Assembly: GCA_041483895.1 (NCBI GenBank)
Contig: JBGPGO010000023.1
Span: 1 to 51,739, forward strand
Length of the DNA: 51,739 bases
Direction: 5' to 3'
DNA from: Fimbriimonadia bacterium
GTDB taxonomy: Bacteria; Armatimonadota; Fimbriimonadia; Fimbriimonadales; JABRVX01
Shown: piece by piece, positions 19,351 through 27,872 of the stretch
Position numbering within the stretch: position 1 is the stretch's first letter
Layout of the letters: each line of letters starts with the position of its first letter
The notes under the pieces: model-generated
Told to the model about the DNA's origin: nothing
Database searches by the model: none
Seen by the model: the letters and a program-made list of their open reading frames with translations, nothing else
Position numbers and translations under genes: made by a program

Positions 19351-19772
19351 CGTTCGATCCTCAGTCCCCTATCTTGGATGACGAGGCGTTGTACAGAAGC
19401 GTTCCCGTCGGAAAGAGCTTCGTTACGCTGACCCGCGAGGGCTGCCAACTGTCTTCAATGGCATTTGCAGATCGTGCGAGACAATCTTCTGTTGACAGGG
19501 CGCCGTGCTACGAATATAAGCCTGAGCGTGCTAAGATGTCCGAAACGGATGGAGTTGCTGAGATCTCCGCTGGCAAGATCCGAACGATACTAATAAATGA
19601 TTACCGTGTCGACGTAACCGCCGATCCAAGGCTTGATGATAACCCACCACGACCCTGCCACGCGCTAATAAAAATCGCAGTGGACGAAGTCACCAGGTCT
19701 GGGTTTAGGCGCTTGTGCGAAAGGCTGGCCGATATGGCAACGATAATCATCGAACCTGCGGAGTGTCGCTAG
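19335..19772 (+). CDS. Hypothetical protein, candidate ADP-ribosyltransferase-fold toxin
   Basis: EALYR...SSMAF.D...SVDR...GVAEI...IR...V..DP...HALI; overlaps the upstream gene by 16 nt. Confidence 0.55.
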   Translation: MALKVAFDPQSPILDDEALYRSVPVGKSFVTLTREGCQLSSMAFADRARQSSVDRAPCYEYKPERAKMSETDGVAEISAGKIRTILINDYRVDVTADPRLDDNPPRPCHALIKIAVDEVTRSGFRRLCERLADMATIIIEPAECR

Positions 19773-19810
19773 ATCGACGTCATTGCTTCGTGCCCAATCT
19801 GATAGACGCC

Positions 19811-20272
19811 TCAGACTCGAAACCTGCCGAGAAATCTTGTCACGTGCACCAACAATGACTCCGACGCCTGGTGCTTATCTTCGAGACCACTTGCCGCTCG
19901 CAACAGGCTATCGGGATCATTGCTGTCTTCTCGGGCCGCCCGCAACAAATCGGAGGTCGGCTCGTCCGTGGCGCGAAGTTTATCTACGTTCGCCAAATGC
20001 CACCTGTGTTCCAAATCTACTAAATTCTGCCGTGCATCATCTCTCAATCGTGATGCTGTTTCCATCTGTTCCTTATACACCGGAACTTGGGCTGCTGCCG
20101 TTTCTCGCTCTACAGACAACCTAGGGCCAAAGCTTTCGGCGCGGGATGCCGACACCTGTGCAAGCCTCTTTGCGCGTTCGATCTTGAGTTTGGCATCGAG
20201 CATGTCATACTCGGCTTCCTCAACAATCTTTGTTAGCCCGCGCCTCTCTCGCTTGTAATCAAAATAATCCAC
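19811..20272 (-). CDS. Hypothetical helical/coiled-coil protein
   Basis: 153-aa ORF whose GTG lies 2 nt after the upstream stop; charged helical composition. Confidence 0.5.
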   Translation of the reverse strand: MDYFDYKRERRGLTKIVEEAEYDMLDAKLKIERAKRLAQVSASRAESFGPRLSVERETAAAQVPVYKEQMETASRLRDDARQNLVDLEHRWHLANVDKLRATDEPTSDLLRAAREDSNDPDSLLRAASGLEDKHQASESLLVHVTRFLGRFRV

Positions 20273-20274
20273 AA

Positions 20275-21498
20275 TTATTGACCGATCTTGTACTTCTCCC
20301 CCATCGCCTTCACCTTCTCCGCCGTCACGGGGAAGCGCCAGCGTTGAAAAGCCGGGACCAAGTCATTCTTCGTCTCAAAGTTCAAAATCGCCGCGATCAG
20401 ATTCACCTTATCTTCCGGCGTCGTTGGCGGTTTCAGACCCGCGTCCACCAAGCGCCGATACGTCCGGTACCAGCGCTTGAAAACATCCCACCCATACACC
20501 CGCTGCAGCCGCTGAAAGAATGAGTGGATCTCGTCCGACGACATGCTATCGAACGTCCGTTTCGGGTCCGCCAGATACGGGTCGCCGAACAGCACAAAGA
20601 ACCGCTCCACCAGCTCATGCCCCGTCATCAAAATCTCCGTGTCCGATGTCCGATACCCCGGCGCGCTGATCTTCCACTTCATTCGGAACGACTGATCCGG
20701 GATGTTCTCGATTGCGTAGGACAGCTTGAAATTCGCCTGAAATTCCGCCGATGGGCCGTCCCATATGTACCAATCGCCGATCCCATCGTCAAAGTTGTGC
20801 CCCACCTCATGAATCCATCCAAACGCCAAAATCCCATTGTCGAAGTTCTTCAGCGTCTCGCCCACGTAGTCCGTGTTCAGGATCATCTCTTGCCCGGCGT
20901 AGGCCCACCAGGGATGCGTCGGCGACTCCTTGAACACCATCAGCTTGCCGCCGAACGGGTGCTGGCCCGTCAGCTCGATCATCGCCGCGTAGCACTGGTC
21001 CACCCACCGCAGCGTGCGGTCGGTGTGCTTGAACTGTTTGTAGCGCGACACCATTAGCGACATGCCTGCCGTCTTGCCCTTCACCAGTTTGAGCGGCTCC
21101 GGCAGCACGGCTTCCGGTATCTCCAATCGGAACGGCACATCCACCGTTTTGTCGCCGATCTTGATCGTGAAACTGCCGACCATCGTTGGCAAATGTGGTT
21201 TGGATCGCTCGATGATATCGCTGGTCAAATTGCCAATTTCATCTCGCGTCACCGTCTCCCCGGCCGGCAGCGCCTGATTCAGATCACCACCCCAGTCTAC
21301 GGTCGCGGATTCCCATCGAATCAGCCATCGTAGAATCGTCGCCGCTTGGCCGGAATCGTTCTTGATGGTGAAACGGTAGCCGCCCCAGCCCTCCCGCATC
21401 CACCCCTTGCCGGTCCGGTTCTCGGCGTGGATGGTTATAGCTGGGTCAGCAAAGGCGACGGTGGATTGCAGGGCGAGTAGGAATAGAATTTGGCGCAT
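20275..21498 (-). CDS. Secreted M60-like zinc metallopeptidase
   Basis: Signal peptide; GWIHEVGHNFD...AEFQAN (HExxH plus downstream E). Confidence 0.7.
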   Translation of the reverse strand: MRQILFLLALQSTVAFADPAITIHAENRTGKGWMREGWGGYRFTIKNDSGQAATILRWLIRWESATVDWGGDLNQALPAGETVTRDEIGNLTSDIIERSKPHLPTMVGSFTIKIGDKTVDVPFRLEIPEAVLPEPLKLVKGKTAGMSLMVSRYKQFKHTDRTLRWVDQCYAAMIELTGQHPFGGKLMVFKESPTHPWWAYAGQEMILNTDYVGETLKNFDNGILAFGWIHEVGHNFDDGIGDWYIWDGPSAEFQANFKLSYAIENIPDQSFRMKWKISAPGYRTSDTEILMTGHELVERFFVLFGDPYLADPKRTFDSMSSDEIHSFFQRLQRVYGWDVFKRWYRTYRRLVDAGLKPPTTPEDKVNLIAAILNFETKNDLVPAFQRWRFPVTAEKVKAMGEKYKIGQ

Positions 21499-21522
21499 GC
21501 CTGATCTTATCCCATTAATCGA

Positions 21523-21719
21523 TCATGCTGAGCCTATCGAAGCATCCCTTTCTTCGGGGGCGCAAGAGAGAGACCGTTCGACAAGCTCGGGGCGACTGAA
21601 GGGAATCGTCATGCTGAGCCTGTCGAAGCATCCCTTTCACGGGGACGGAATAGAAAGAGACCCTTCGACAAGCTCAGGGTGACATGGGGAAAAGTGGTCG
21701 CTCATTAGCTCAGGGTGAC
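21523..21719. repeat. BIME-like array of alternating TCATGCTGAGCCT(A/G)TCGAAGCA / CC(C/G)TTCGACAAGCTC(A/G)GGG(T/C)GAC units
   Basis: Two forward and two inverted units with a period of about 86 bp, plus a partial unit at 21707-21719 over the hisD stop. Confidence 0.85.
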
Positions 21720-22954
21720 CCTTGCCGCAGCTCCGCGGAACGTGCGTGCGCCTCTAACCCCTCCATTCGCGCCAAATCCGCCGCATCCGAGGCCAACGCG
21801 TTGGGATCGTCGATACGCATCCACGTGCGCACGCGAAGAAATGAAAACACCGACAACCCACCGGTGTATCGAGACGTACCGCCGGTCGGCAGGACATGGT
21901 TCGGCCCCGCGCCATAATCCCCGAACACCTCCGCCGTCGATGAGCCGAGAAACAATCCACCATAATTCTTGAGGTAAAGAGCAACAAAAGCCGCATCGCG
22001 CAAGTGCAATTCCAAGTGCTCCGGCGCGATCCGATCCACCGCCTCAATCGCCGAGTCGATGTCCGGAGCGACAAAACAATAGCCGTTGGCCAGAGCCGCG
22101 AGCGCCGTCTCCGTGGTCGGCAGATCCGCAAGTTGTCTCACCAACTCCTCATCAACTCGATCAGCCAATGCCAAATCCAAACTGATCAGAATGGGCATCG
22201 CGTCCGTGTCATGCTCCGCCTGCGCCAAAAGATCGGCTGCAATCACGGACGCATCGGACGAATCATCCGCCAGTACGACCAGCTCGGAGGGTCCCGCAAG
22301 CATGTCAATCGCAACGCGGCCGGAAACCAGCTTCTTCGCCGCCGTCACCCACCGATTTCCCGGCCCGACGATGATGTCGCACTCCGGAACCATGACCCCA
22401 AACGCCAACGCGGCAATCGCCTGCGCGCCGCCGACCGCCAAAACGCCATCCGCCTTGGCGATGGCCGCCGCCGCCAAAGTCACGGGGGAAGGCCGCGGAG
22501 ACGCAACCCACACCTCGCGCACCCCCGCCACTCGCGCGGTGATGGCGGTCATCAAAACGGAAGACGGCAACGGATACCGGCCGCCCGGCGCATAGCACCC
22601 GGCGCGCTCCACGGGCGCAATCCAGTGCCCCGCTTCGCCCCCGGGGATGCCACAGGTCAACTCGGTCAAACAAGCCTCTTGCGCTTCCGAAAAAGCCCGA
22701 ATCCGCTCGGCGGTCCTGAACAAAAGATCGCGCTGCTCCACCGGGATGCTTTCCAACGCCGCCGCGCAATCCTCCGATGGTCGTGTGAGCGATTCCCCCG
22801 GACCAATATCCCCAAATCGTTCCGCGTATTCCCGCAACGCATCGAGCCCGCGAACACGCACATCTTCGACAATCTCAGAGGCCGCGGCAAGTGTGGCGGC
22901 ATCCACCGGATCGCGGCGCCCGCGATCCACCTGTGTGACTCGGCGCAGCATCAT
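21710..22954 (-). CDS. hisD: Histidinol dehydrogenase
   Basis: YAPGGRYPLPSS, GPGNRWV, DMLAGPSE, QAEHD, APEHLE, GDYGAGPNHVLPT. Confidence 0.97.
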   Translation of the reverse strand: MMLRRVTQVDRGRRDPVDAATLAAASEIVEDVRVRGLDALREYAERFGDIGPGESLTRPSEDCAAALESIPVEQRDLLFRTAERIRAFSEAQEACLTELTCGIPGGEAGHWIAPVERAGCYAPGGRYPLPSSVLMTAITARVAGVREVWVASPRPSPVTLAAAAIAKADGVLAVGGAQAIAALAFGVMVPECDIIVGPGNRWVTAAKKLVSGRVAIDMLAGPSELVVLADDSSDASVIAADLLAQAEHDTDAMPILISLDLALADRVDEELVRQLADLPTTETALAALANGYCFVAPDIDSAIEAVDRIAPEHLELHLRDAAFVALYLKNYGGLFLGSSTAEVFGDYGAGPNHVLPTGGTSRYTGGLSVFSFLRVRTWMRIDDPNALASDAADLARMEGLEAHARSAELRQGSP

Positions 22955-24204
22955 TCCTTCGCGTCTCCGGCCCGCCGAGTCACCCGCCGCGATCGCCGGT
23001 CGAGAATCTCCTCCACCTCCGCCAAATCCGATCCCCCGCGGGCCAGCGCAACCAACGCGAAGTAGATCAGGTCCGCCGCTTCCGATGCCACATGGTGGCT
23101 GTCCAGCGCGTCCGCCAATTCGCTTGCCTCTTCAATCAGCTTCGACCGCAACATGGCCGGGTCGCCCAACAGCCGCTTCGTGTAGGACCCCTCCGGCGAC
23201 TGCCGCAACCGAGACGCAAGCGTGCGCAAAAGGGCCGACAACCCATGGTCGGGTCCCCAGCAGGTCCGCATCCCCTGGTGGCAGAATCCCGAACCCTCCT
23301 GCCGCACCGTAAATCGCAACGCATCCCGATCGCAATCCAAATCCACGCGCAACAGAACCTGCCTGTCCCCGGAAGTTTCTCCCTTGACCCAAAGCCCGCG
23401 CGATCGGGAATGATAGACGCCGGCTCTCGTGCTAACCGCCTCCCGAACGCTCTCCCGATCGGAATAGGTCAGACCGAGCGCGATCCCCTGTTCGTCCACC
23501 ACAACCGTTGGCCAAAGCCCATCCGGCCGGTCGGTGATCATCGGGGCGACGATGGCTTCGCCAAGATCGATGGCGCCGGAATACAGCGCCATTCCCACCT
23601 GCGCGTCCGCACCCAGCCGGTCGATCTCCGCGACCTCTTCCGACGTCGTCACCCCGCCGGCCACCGTCACGCGAACATCGGAGGCCGCCACAACACGGCG
23701 CACGCGGTCCATGTTTATCCCCTGCTGCCGCCCTTCGCTTTCGACAAAAGTGACGAGGAACCCGCCCACGACGCCGCGCAGCTCTGTCATCCGCCGCTCG
23801 ACCGTCTGTCCCGTTAGGGTCTGCCAGCCATCGACAACCACCTCGCCGTCCAGGGCATCCAGCGCGGCGATAACGCGATCTTTCGGCAGCCTCCGCAATA
23901 TCTCTGGCCGTGCCGCCGTGCCGAGAATGACTTTGGATGCTCCGGCATCGAGCCACCGGACAGCGGTCTTGTCATCGCGAATGCCGCCACCGACGCGGCA
24001 CGGCGCCATCTCCACGAGCCGCTCGACGAGGTCCGCATTGCTGCCCTGACCGAGGGCGGCATCAAGGTCCACGACGGCAATCTCACCGGCAAGCTGAAAT
24101 CGTTCCGCGATAGGGACCGGATTTCCGGCATCCAGAGCCTTCTCTTTGCCGCCGATGAGCTGGACGGCCTGGCCGCCCATCAGGTCAATGGAGGGGATGA
24201 TCAT
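22951..24204 (-). CDS. hisAIE: Fused HisA-HisI-HisE (ProFAR isomerase / PR-AMP cyclohydrolase / PR-ATP pyrophosphatase)
   Basis: IIPSIDL..GQAVQL, VGGGIR (HisA); SRSRGLWVKGETSG, DCDRD, FCH..TC (HisI); GSYT, KLIEEASEL, EAADLIY (HisE). Confidence 0.88.
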   Translation of the reverse strand: MIIPSIDLMGGQAVQLIGGKEKALDAGNPVPIAERFQLAGEIAVVDLDAALGQGSNADLVERLVEMAPCRVGGGIRDDKTAVRWLDAGASKVILGTAARPEILRRLPKDRVIAALDALDGEVVVDGWQTLTGQTVERRMTELRGVVGGFLVTFVESEGRQQGINMDRVRRVVAASDVRVTVAGGVTTSEEVAEIDRLGADAQVGMALYSGAIDLGEAIVAPMITDRPDGLWPTVVVDEQGIALGLTYSDRESVREAVSTRAGVYHSRSRGLWVKGETSGDRQVLLRVDLDCDRDALRFTVRQEGSGFCHQGMRTCWGPDHGLSALLRTLASRLRQSPEGSYTKRLLGDPAMLRSKLIEEASELADALDSHHVASEAADLIYFALVALARGGSDLAEVEEILDRRSRRVTRRAGDAKE

Positions 24205-25043
24205 AGGCGCACATTGCCCCCCATCGCGGCCAATTCCCGCTTGAGATATCCGACAGAATGCTCCGCATCATGAAAGATCGACGCCGCGAGGACGGCATCG
24301 GCGCCTGCCTGCAGCGCTTCCCATAGATGCTCTGCGGTCGCCGCTCCGCCGGACGCGATGACCGGCACCCGCACGGTGTTCGATATCGCGGAAATCAGGT
24401 CCAGATCATAACCCGACCTCGTGCCATCTCGGTCCCAACTGGTCAACAGAATCTCCCCCGCGCCGCGCCCCACCGCAATTTGCGCCCATTCGATCGCGTC
24501 CGTTCCCGTCCGTTCCGTGCCCGATCGAATCACCACTTCCCATCGCATGGTTCCGCCCTGGAGGGCTCCGCTCTGGAGGGCTCCGCTCCGTCGGAGCCGT
24601 TCCGCATTCGGCTCCGACGGAGCGGAGCCCTCCAAAGACTTCCCCAATGCCGCATCCAGGGCCAGCACCGCGCACTGGCTGCCAAACCGTTTTGATATCT
24701 CCGTTAGGATTGTCGGGTCTTCCATGGCCGCAGTATTGGTCGAGACCTTGTCCGCCCCCGCCTCGAGCAGCCGGCCCGCATCTTCCACCGACCGCACGCC
24801 GCCACCGACCGTCAATGGAATCGACAGCACCTCCCGAACGCGCCTCACCGTCTCCACGGCCGTATTGCGTCCCTCCGGCGTCGCGGAGACGTCGAGCATG
24901 ACAATCTCATCCGCGCCCTGCTTTTCATAAAGCGCGGCCTGCTCCGCCGGGTCCCCCGCGTCGCGCAGATTCTGGAACCGCACACCCTTGACTACTCGCC
25001 CATCGCGCACATCGAGGCATGGGATGATGCGGGAAGTTAGCAT
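24201..25043 (-). CDS. hisF: Imidazole glycerol phosphate synthase subunit HisF, with an in-frame palindromic insertion
   Basis: RIIPCLDVRDGRVVKG, GAGEILLTSWDRDGT, IASGG, AASIFH. Confidence 0.96.
   Translation of the reverse strand: MLTSRIIPCLDVRDGRVVKGVRFQNLRDAGDPAEQAALYEKQGADEIVMLDVSATPEGRNTAVETVRRVREVLSIPLTVGGGVRSVEDAGRLLEAGADKVSTNTAAMEDPTILTEISKRFGSQCAVLALDAALGKSLEGSAPSEPNAERLRRSGALQSGALQGGTMRWEVVIRSGTERTGTDAIEWAQIAVGRGAGEILLTSWDRDGTRSGYDLDLISAISNTVRVPVIASGGAATAEHLWEALQAGADAVLAASIFHDAEHSVGYLKRELAAMGGNVRL
24559..24634. repeat. Perfect 26-bp inverted repeat plus 15-bp tandem duplication inside hisF
   Basis: Arms 24574-24599 and 24609-24634 with a 9-nt loop; TGGAGGGCTCCGCTC repeated at 24559 and 24574. 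Confidence 0.92.
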
Positions 25044-25052
25044 AATACTAGC

Positions 25053-25169
25053 GGTCCCCTCCCTCTTGCGAGGAACGAGCAAGGGGGAGGGTTAGGGTGG
25101 GGGTTTTCTGCGGGTCCCCTCCCTCTTGCGAGGAACGAGTAAGGGGGAGGGTTAGGGTGGGGGTTTTCT
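25053..25169. repeat. Two tandem REP family-C-like units (60-bp period) between hisH and hisF
   Basis: GGTCCCCTCCCTCTTGCGAGGAACGAG(C/T)AAGGGGGAGGGTTAGGGTGGGGGTTTTCT occurs twice. Confidence 0.9.
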
Positions 25170-25763
25170 TCACGTCCGCAGCCACCTCTCCATCAATCCC
25201 AAACCCCACGCACCCGAAAGCTCCGGATGAAATTGACACGCCAAAACATTCCCGACTTCGAACGCAGCGACAAACGGTCCCCCGTGATCCGAAACCGCCG
25301 CAACCGCACCCTCGGGAGCCGATTCAAGCCGATAGGAGTTCGCGAAATACGCACATCCTGACTCCAAAAACCGAAACCCATCCTCCGCGACAACATGGTT
25401 CCAACCCAACTGGGGAATCCGAATCGAGCCGGAAAACCGAGAAACGGACGTCCGATAAACACCCAATCCTCGAACGCCGGGACTCTCTTCGCTCCCCTCG
25501 CATAGAAGCTGCATCCCGAGGCAGATGGCCAGCGTCGGCAGGCCGGCGACCAATCGATCGACGAGGGGCCGGACCAAATCGGCGAGCTCCAGATTCGCCA
25601 TCGCCGCGCCAAACGCCCCGACGCCCGGCAGGCACACATGCCGCGCCTCCCGCACCTCTTCCGGATCGGTGGTGATTCGTCCAACGGCGCCACATCGCTG
25701 CAACCCCGCGAGCACGGAGGCCAGGTTCGCCGTCCCCGTGCGGACAACAGCGACGTCGGTCAT
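25170..25763 (-). CDS. hisH: Imidazole glycerol phosphate synthase subunit HisH
   Basis: ANLASV, LPGVGAF, ICLGMQLL, QFHPE.S. Confidence 0.96.
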   Translation of the reverse strand: MTDVAVVRTGTANLASVLAGLQRCGAVGRITTDPEEVREARHVCLPGVGAFGAAMANLELADLVRPLVDRLVAGLPTLAICLGMQLLCEGSEESPGVRGLGVYRTSVSRFSGSIRIPQLGWNHVVAEDGFRFLESGCAYFANSYRLESAPEGAVAAVSDHGGPFVAAFEVGNVLACQFHPELSGAWGLGLMERWLRT

Positions 25764-26341
25764 AGAACGCCCTTGGTACTCGGCACGGAATCCGACCCGT
25801 CCAGCGCCACAGCCTGCCGCAGGGCCAGCGCCACAGCCTTGAATGCCGCCTCTGCCTTGTGATGATCGTTCTCCCCGTGAAGCATATCAACATGCAGCGC
25901 GCACCGCGCCGTCACCGCAAACGATGCCAGAACATGCGGAATATTCTCGCACGACAGCGTTCCCAGCATCTGCCGTTGCAAATTCAAATGGATTCGGGAA
26001 TAGGGCCGTCCAGACAGATCCAATGTCGCTGCCGCTAAGGCTTCATCCATCGGGGCAAACCCATGCCCAAATCGAACGATTCCGCGCCGCTCCCCCAGCG
26101 CCCGATCGACCGCCGACCCGAGGGCCAGCGCGCAGTCCTCCACCGTGTGATGGTCGTCCACATGCAGATCGCCTTTGCATTTCAAATCGAGATCAAATCG
26201 CGCATGCTTGGCGAGGGCTGTGAAAAGGTGATCCAAGAATCCAATGCCCGTGTCGATTGTGGCGGCGCCGGTCCCATCCAACGACAGCTTCAGAACGATG
26301 TCCGTCTCCGTCGTCTTCCGTTTTATCTCGGCGGTTCTCAT
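25760..26341 (-). CDS. hisB: Imidazoleglycerol-phosphate dehydratase (monofunctional)
   Basis: RKTTETDI, TGIGFLDH, DDHHTVED, GENDHHKAEAAFKA, PSTKG. ATGA overlap with hisG. Confidence 0.97.
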   Translation of the reverse strand: MRTAEIKRKTTETDIVLKLSLDGTGAATIDTGIGFLDHLFTALAKHARFDLDLKCKGDLHVDDHHTVEDCALALGSAVDRALGERRGIVRFGHGFAPMDEALAAATLDLSGRPYSRIHLNLQRQMLGTLSCENIPHVLASFAVTARCALHVDMLHGENDHHKAEAAFKAVALALRQAVALDGSDSVPSTKGVL

Positions 26342-27186
26342 GGCACGATCTGGGCAAGGCCGGAAACCACGATGTCGGTCCCTCCTCGCGCCTTCACTTC
26401 CACGATAATCTTGGGCAAATCCTTGCGCGGCACCGCCGCCTTTACCGCGTACCCCGCATTGCCATGCAGCGGCGAGATCGTCGGCTCCCTCATACATGGC
26501 AGCGCGGCCACCACAGATTCCAATAGCTCTCCTGACACGTTGACCTCCAACATCACCCGCCGCCGGGCGTCCAGCACCGACTTCAGAAGCAGCACGAACG
26601 AATCGATGGATTCTCGCTTTCCGACGTCTTCCATCGCGTCCGGGTTGGCCAGCAGTCGCGTCGACGATGTCATCAGAGTATCCACGATCTCCAGCCCGTT
26701 GGCCCGCAAAGTTGAACCTGAGGCGGTGTTGTCCACGATACAGTCCGCGTCTTCCGGCGGGAACACCTCTGTCGCCCCGTAAGAGCGCACGAACGTCGCG
26801 TCCAGCCCCTTCGCCTTGATCCATTCCGTCGTCAGCCGTTCGTATTCGGACGCGATCATCAGGTGGCGCTGTGGCAGTTTCGCTTGCGGCGCGGCGGCCA
26901 CCAATTGGACCGGATCCAGCTCCGTGTCCAACAGCTCGACAACATCCACGTCTAACTCGCATACCCAATCGGCGCCCGCAAAGCCCACATCGCGTGAGCC
27001 GAAATGCAGCATCTCGATAATGTTCTGGGGTTTCAGAATCTTCGCGTCCCAGCCGTCGATGGGCAGGGTTGGCCGATATTCACGGCTTCCGGCGCGCACG
27101 GGCAGGCCCGCGTCGGCCAGCAAAGCCAACACGCCGGTCTCCATCCTGCCTTTCGGCAGGGCCAATCGCACGATGGATTCTGTCAC
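26338..27186 (-). CDS. hisG: ATP phosphoribosyltransferase, long form
   Basis: LALPKGR, GATE..P, IVDNTASGSTLRANGL, C-terminal regulatory domain. Confidence 0.95.
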   Translation of the reverse strand: MTESIVRLALPKGRMETGVLALLADAGLPVRAGSREYRPTLPIDGWDAKILKPQNIIEMLHFGSRDVGFAGADWVCELDVDVVELLDTELDPVQLVAAAPQAKLPQRHLMIASEYERLTTEWIKAKGLDATFVRSYGATEVFPPEDADCIVDNTASGSTLRANGLEIVDTLMTSSTRLLANPDAMEDVGKRESIDSFVLLLKSVLDARRRVMLEVNVSGELLESVVAALPCMREPTISPLHGNAGYAVKAAVPRKDLPKIIVEVKARGGTDIVVSGLAQIVP

Positions 27187-27258
27187 GGGGTTGGAATCGT
27201 ACCTGTTTGAAGAAAATAGGTCGTATAAGTCCTATTCGTCCGATCGGTCCGATGCCGC

Positions 27259-27423
27259 TTACTTCGTCTGCTTATGGGGTGTATGAACGCGGCAGGTGTT
27301 GCAGTACTTCTTGATCTGCAGGCGATCGGGCGTGTTCCGCTTGTTCTTCGTCGTAACGTAGTTGCGGTTGTTGCACGTCTCACAAGTCAGCGTTATGATT
27401 TCGCGATTTCCTGGCTTTGCCAT
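27259..27423 (-). CDS. rpmG: 50S ribosomal protein L33 (zinc-ribbon form)
   Basis: [36 protein letters not shown]; 54 aa, not shown at its true start in the ORF track. Confidence 0.96.
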   Translation of the reverse strand: MAKPGNREIITLTCETCNNRNYVTTKNKRNTPDRLQIKKYCNTCRVHTPHKQTK

Positions 27424-27445
27424 TTTCTTCCTGCCTTCGATTGTT

Positions 27446-27519
27446 GATGCGACCGGTCTCCTGACCGAGTCGCAAGTTCCGATCCCAAATGCGCCCGGTC
27501 TCCTGACCGAGCCGCAAGT
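27446..27519 (-). repeat. Two copies of the same hairpin found in the 1-255 array
   Basis: 27446-27477 is the exact reverse complement of ACTTGCGACTCGGTCAGGAGACCGGTCGCATC; a variant copy lies at 27489-27519. Confidence 0.9.
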
Positions 27520-27523
27520 CATC

Positions 27524-27598
27524 TGGAGCCCACGACGAGAGTCGAACTCGTGACCTCTTCTTTACCAAAGAAGTGCTCTGCCACTGAGCTACGTGGGC
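27524..27598 (-). tRNA. tRNA-Thr(GGT)
   Basis: GCCCACGTAGCTCAGTGG...CTTCT-TTGGTAA-AGAAG...GTTCGACT...GGGCTCCA; 75 nt; CCA encoded. Confidence 0.96.
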
Positions 27599-27604
27599 AG
27601 ATAC

Positions 27605-27690
27605 TGGTGGCGCGACTTGGATTCGAACCAAGGTAGGGGTTCCCCGACAGATTTACAGTCTGTTGCCATTGACCGCTCGGCCATCGCGCC
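27605..27690 (-). tRNA. tRNA-Tyr(GTA)
   Basis: GGCGCGATGGCCGAGCGG...ACAGA-CTGTAAA-TCTGT, long variable arm, GGTTCGAATCC...CCACCA; 86 nt. Confidence 0.96.
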
Positions 27691-27761
27691 TTCTGGGCCA
27701 ACGTTTATACCCCATTCAAGCCTGGTCCCGTCCATATTCTTGGCGGAATTGGGCCAAATCC

Positions 27762-27809
27762 ACCTCTCACATTCCTCAGCCGGTCCCCCTGTTGAGGAAT
27801 GTGAGAGGT
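27762..27809. repeat. 17-bp perfect inverted repeat in the divergent tRNA/arsR intergenic region
   Basis: ACCTCTCACATTCCTCA (27762-27778) and TGAGGAATGTGAGAGGT (27793-27809). Confidence 0.8.
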
Positions 27810-27859
27810 AGGGGAAGGACTTCCAGCACAAGCATAGTTCTATATTCCTAGAAATGTCG

Positions 27860-27865
27860 TATAAT
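27860..27865 (+). promoter_or_regulatory. -10 box TATAAT, 7 nt before the arsR ATG (probable leaderless mRNA)
   Basis: Consensus TATAAT with no Shine-Dalgarno sequence before the start. Confidence 0.6.
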
Positions 27866-27872
27866 AGTTGTC

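Noticed and set aside
21523..21719. Mini-CRISPR or riboswitch downstream of hisD
   Set aside because: Units alternate in orientation, typical of REP/BIME arrays, and no aptamer consensus was recognised.
27215..27253. his attenuator
   Set aside because: No His-codon leader peptide; only short GTCC-type low-complexity repeats.
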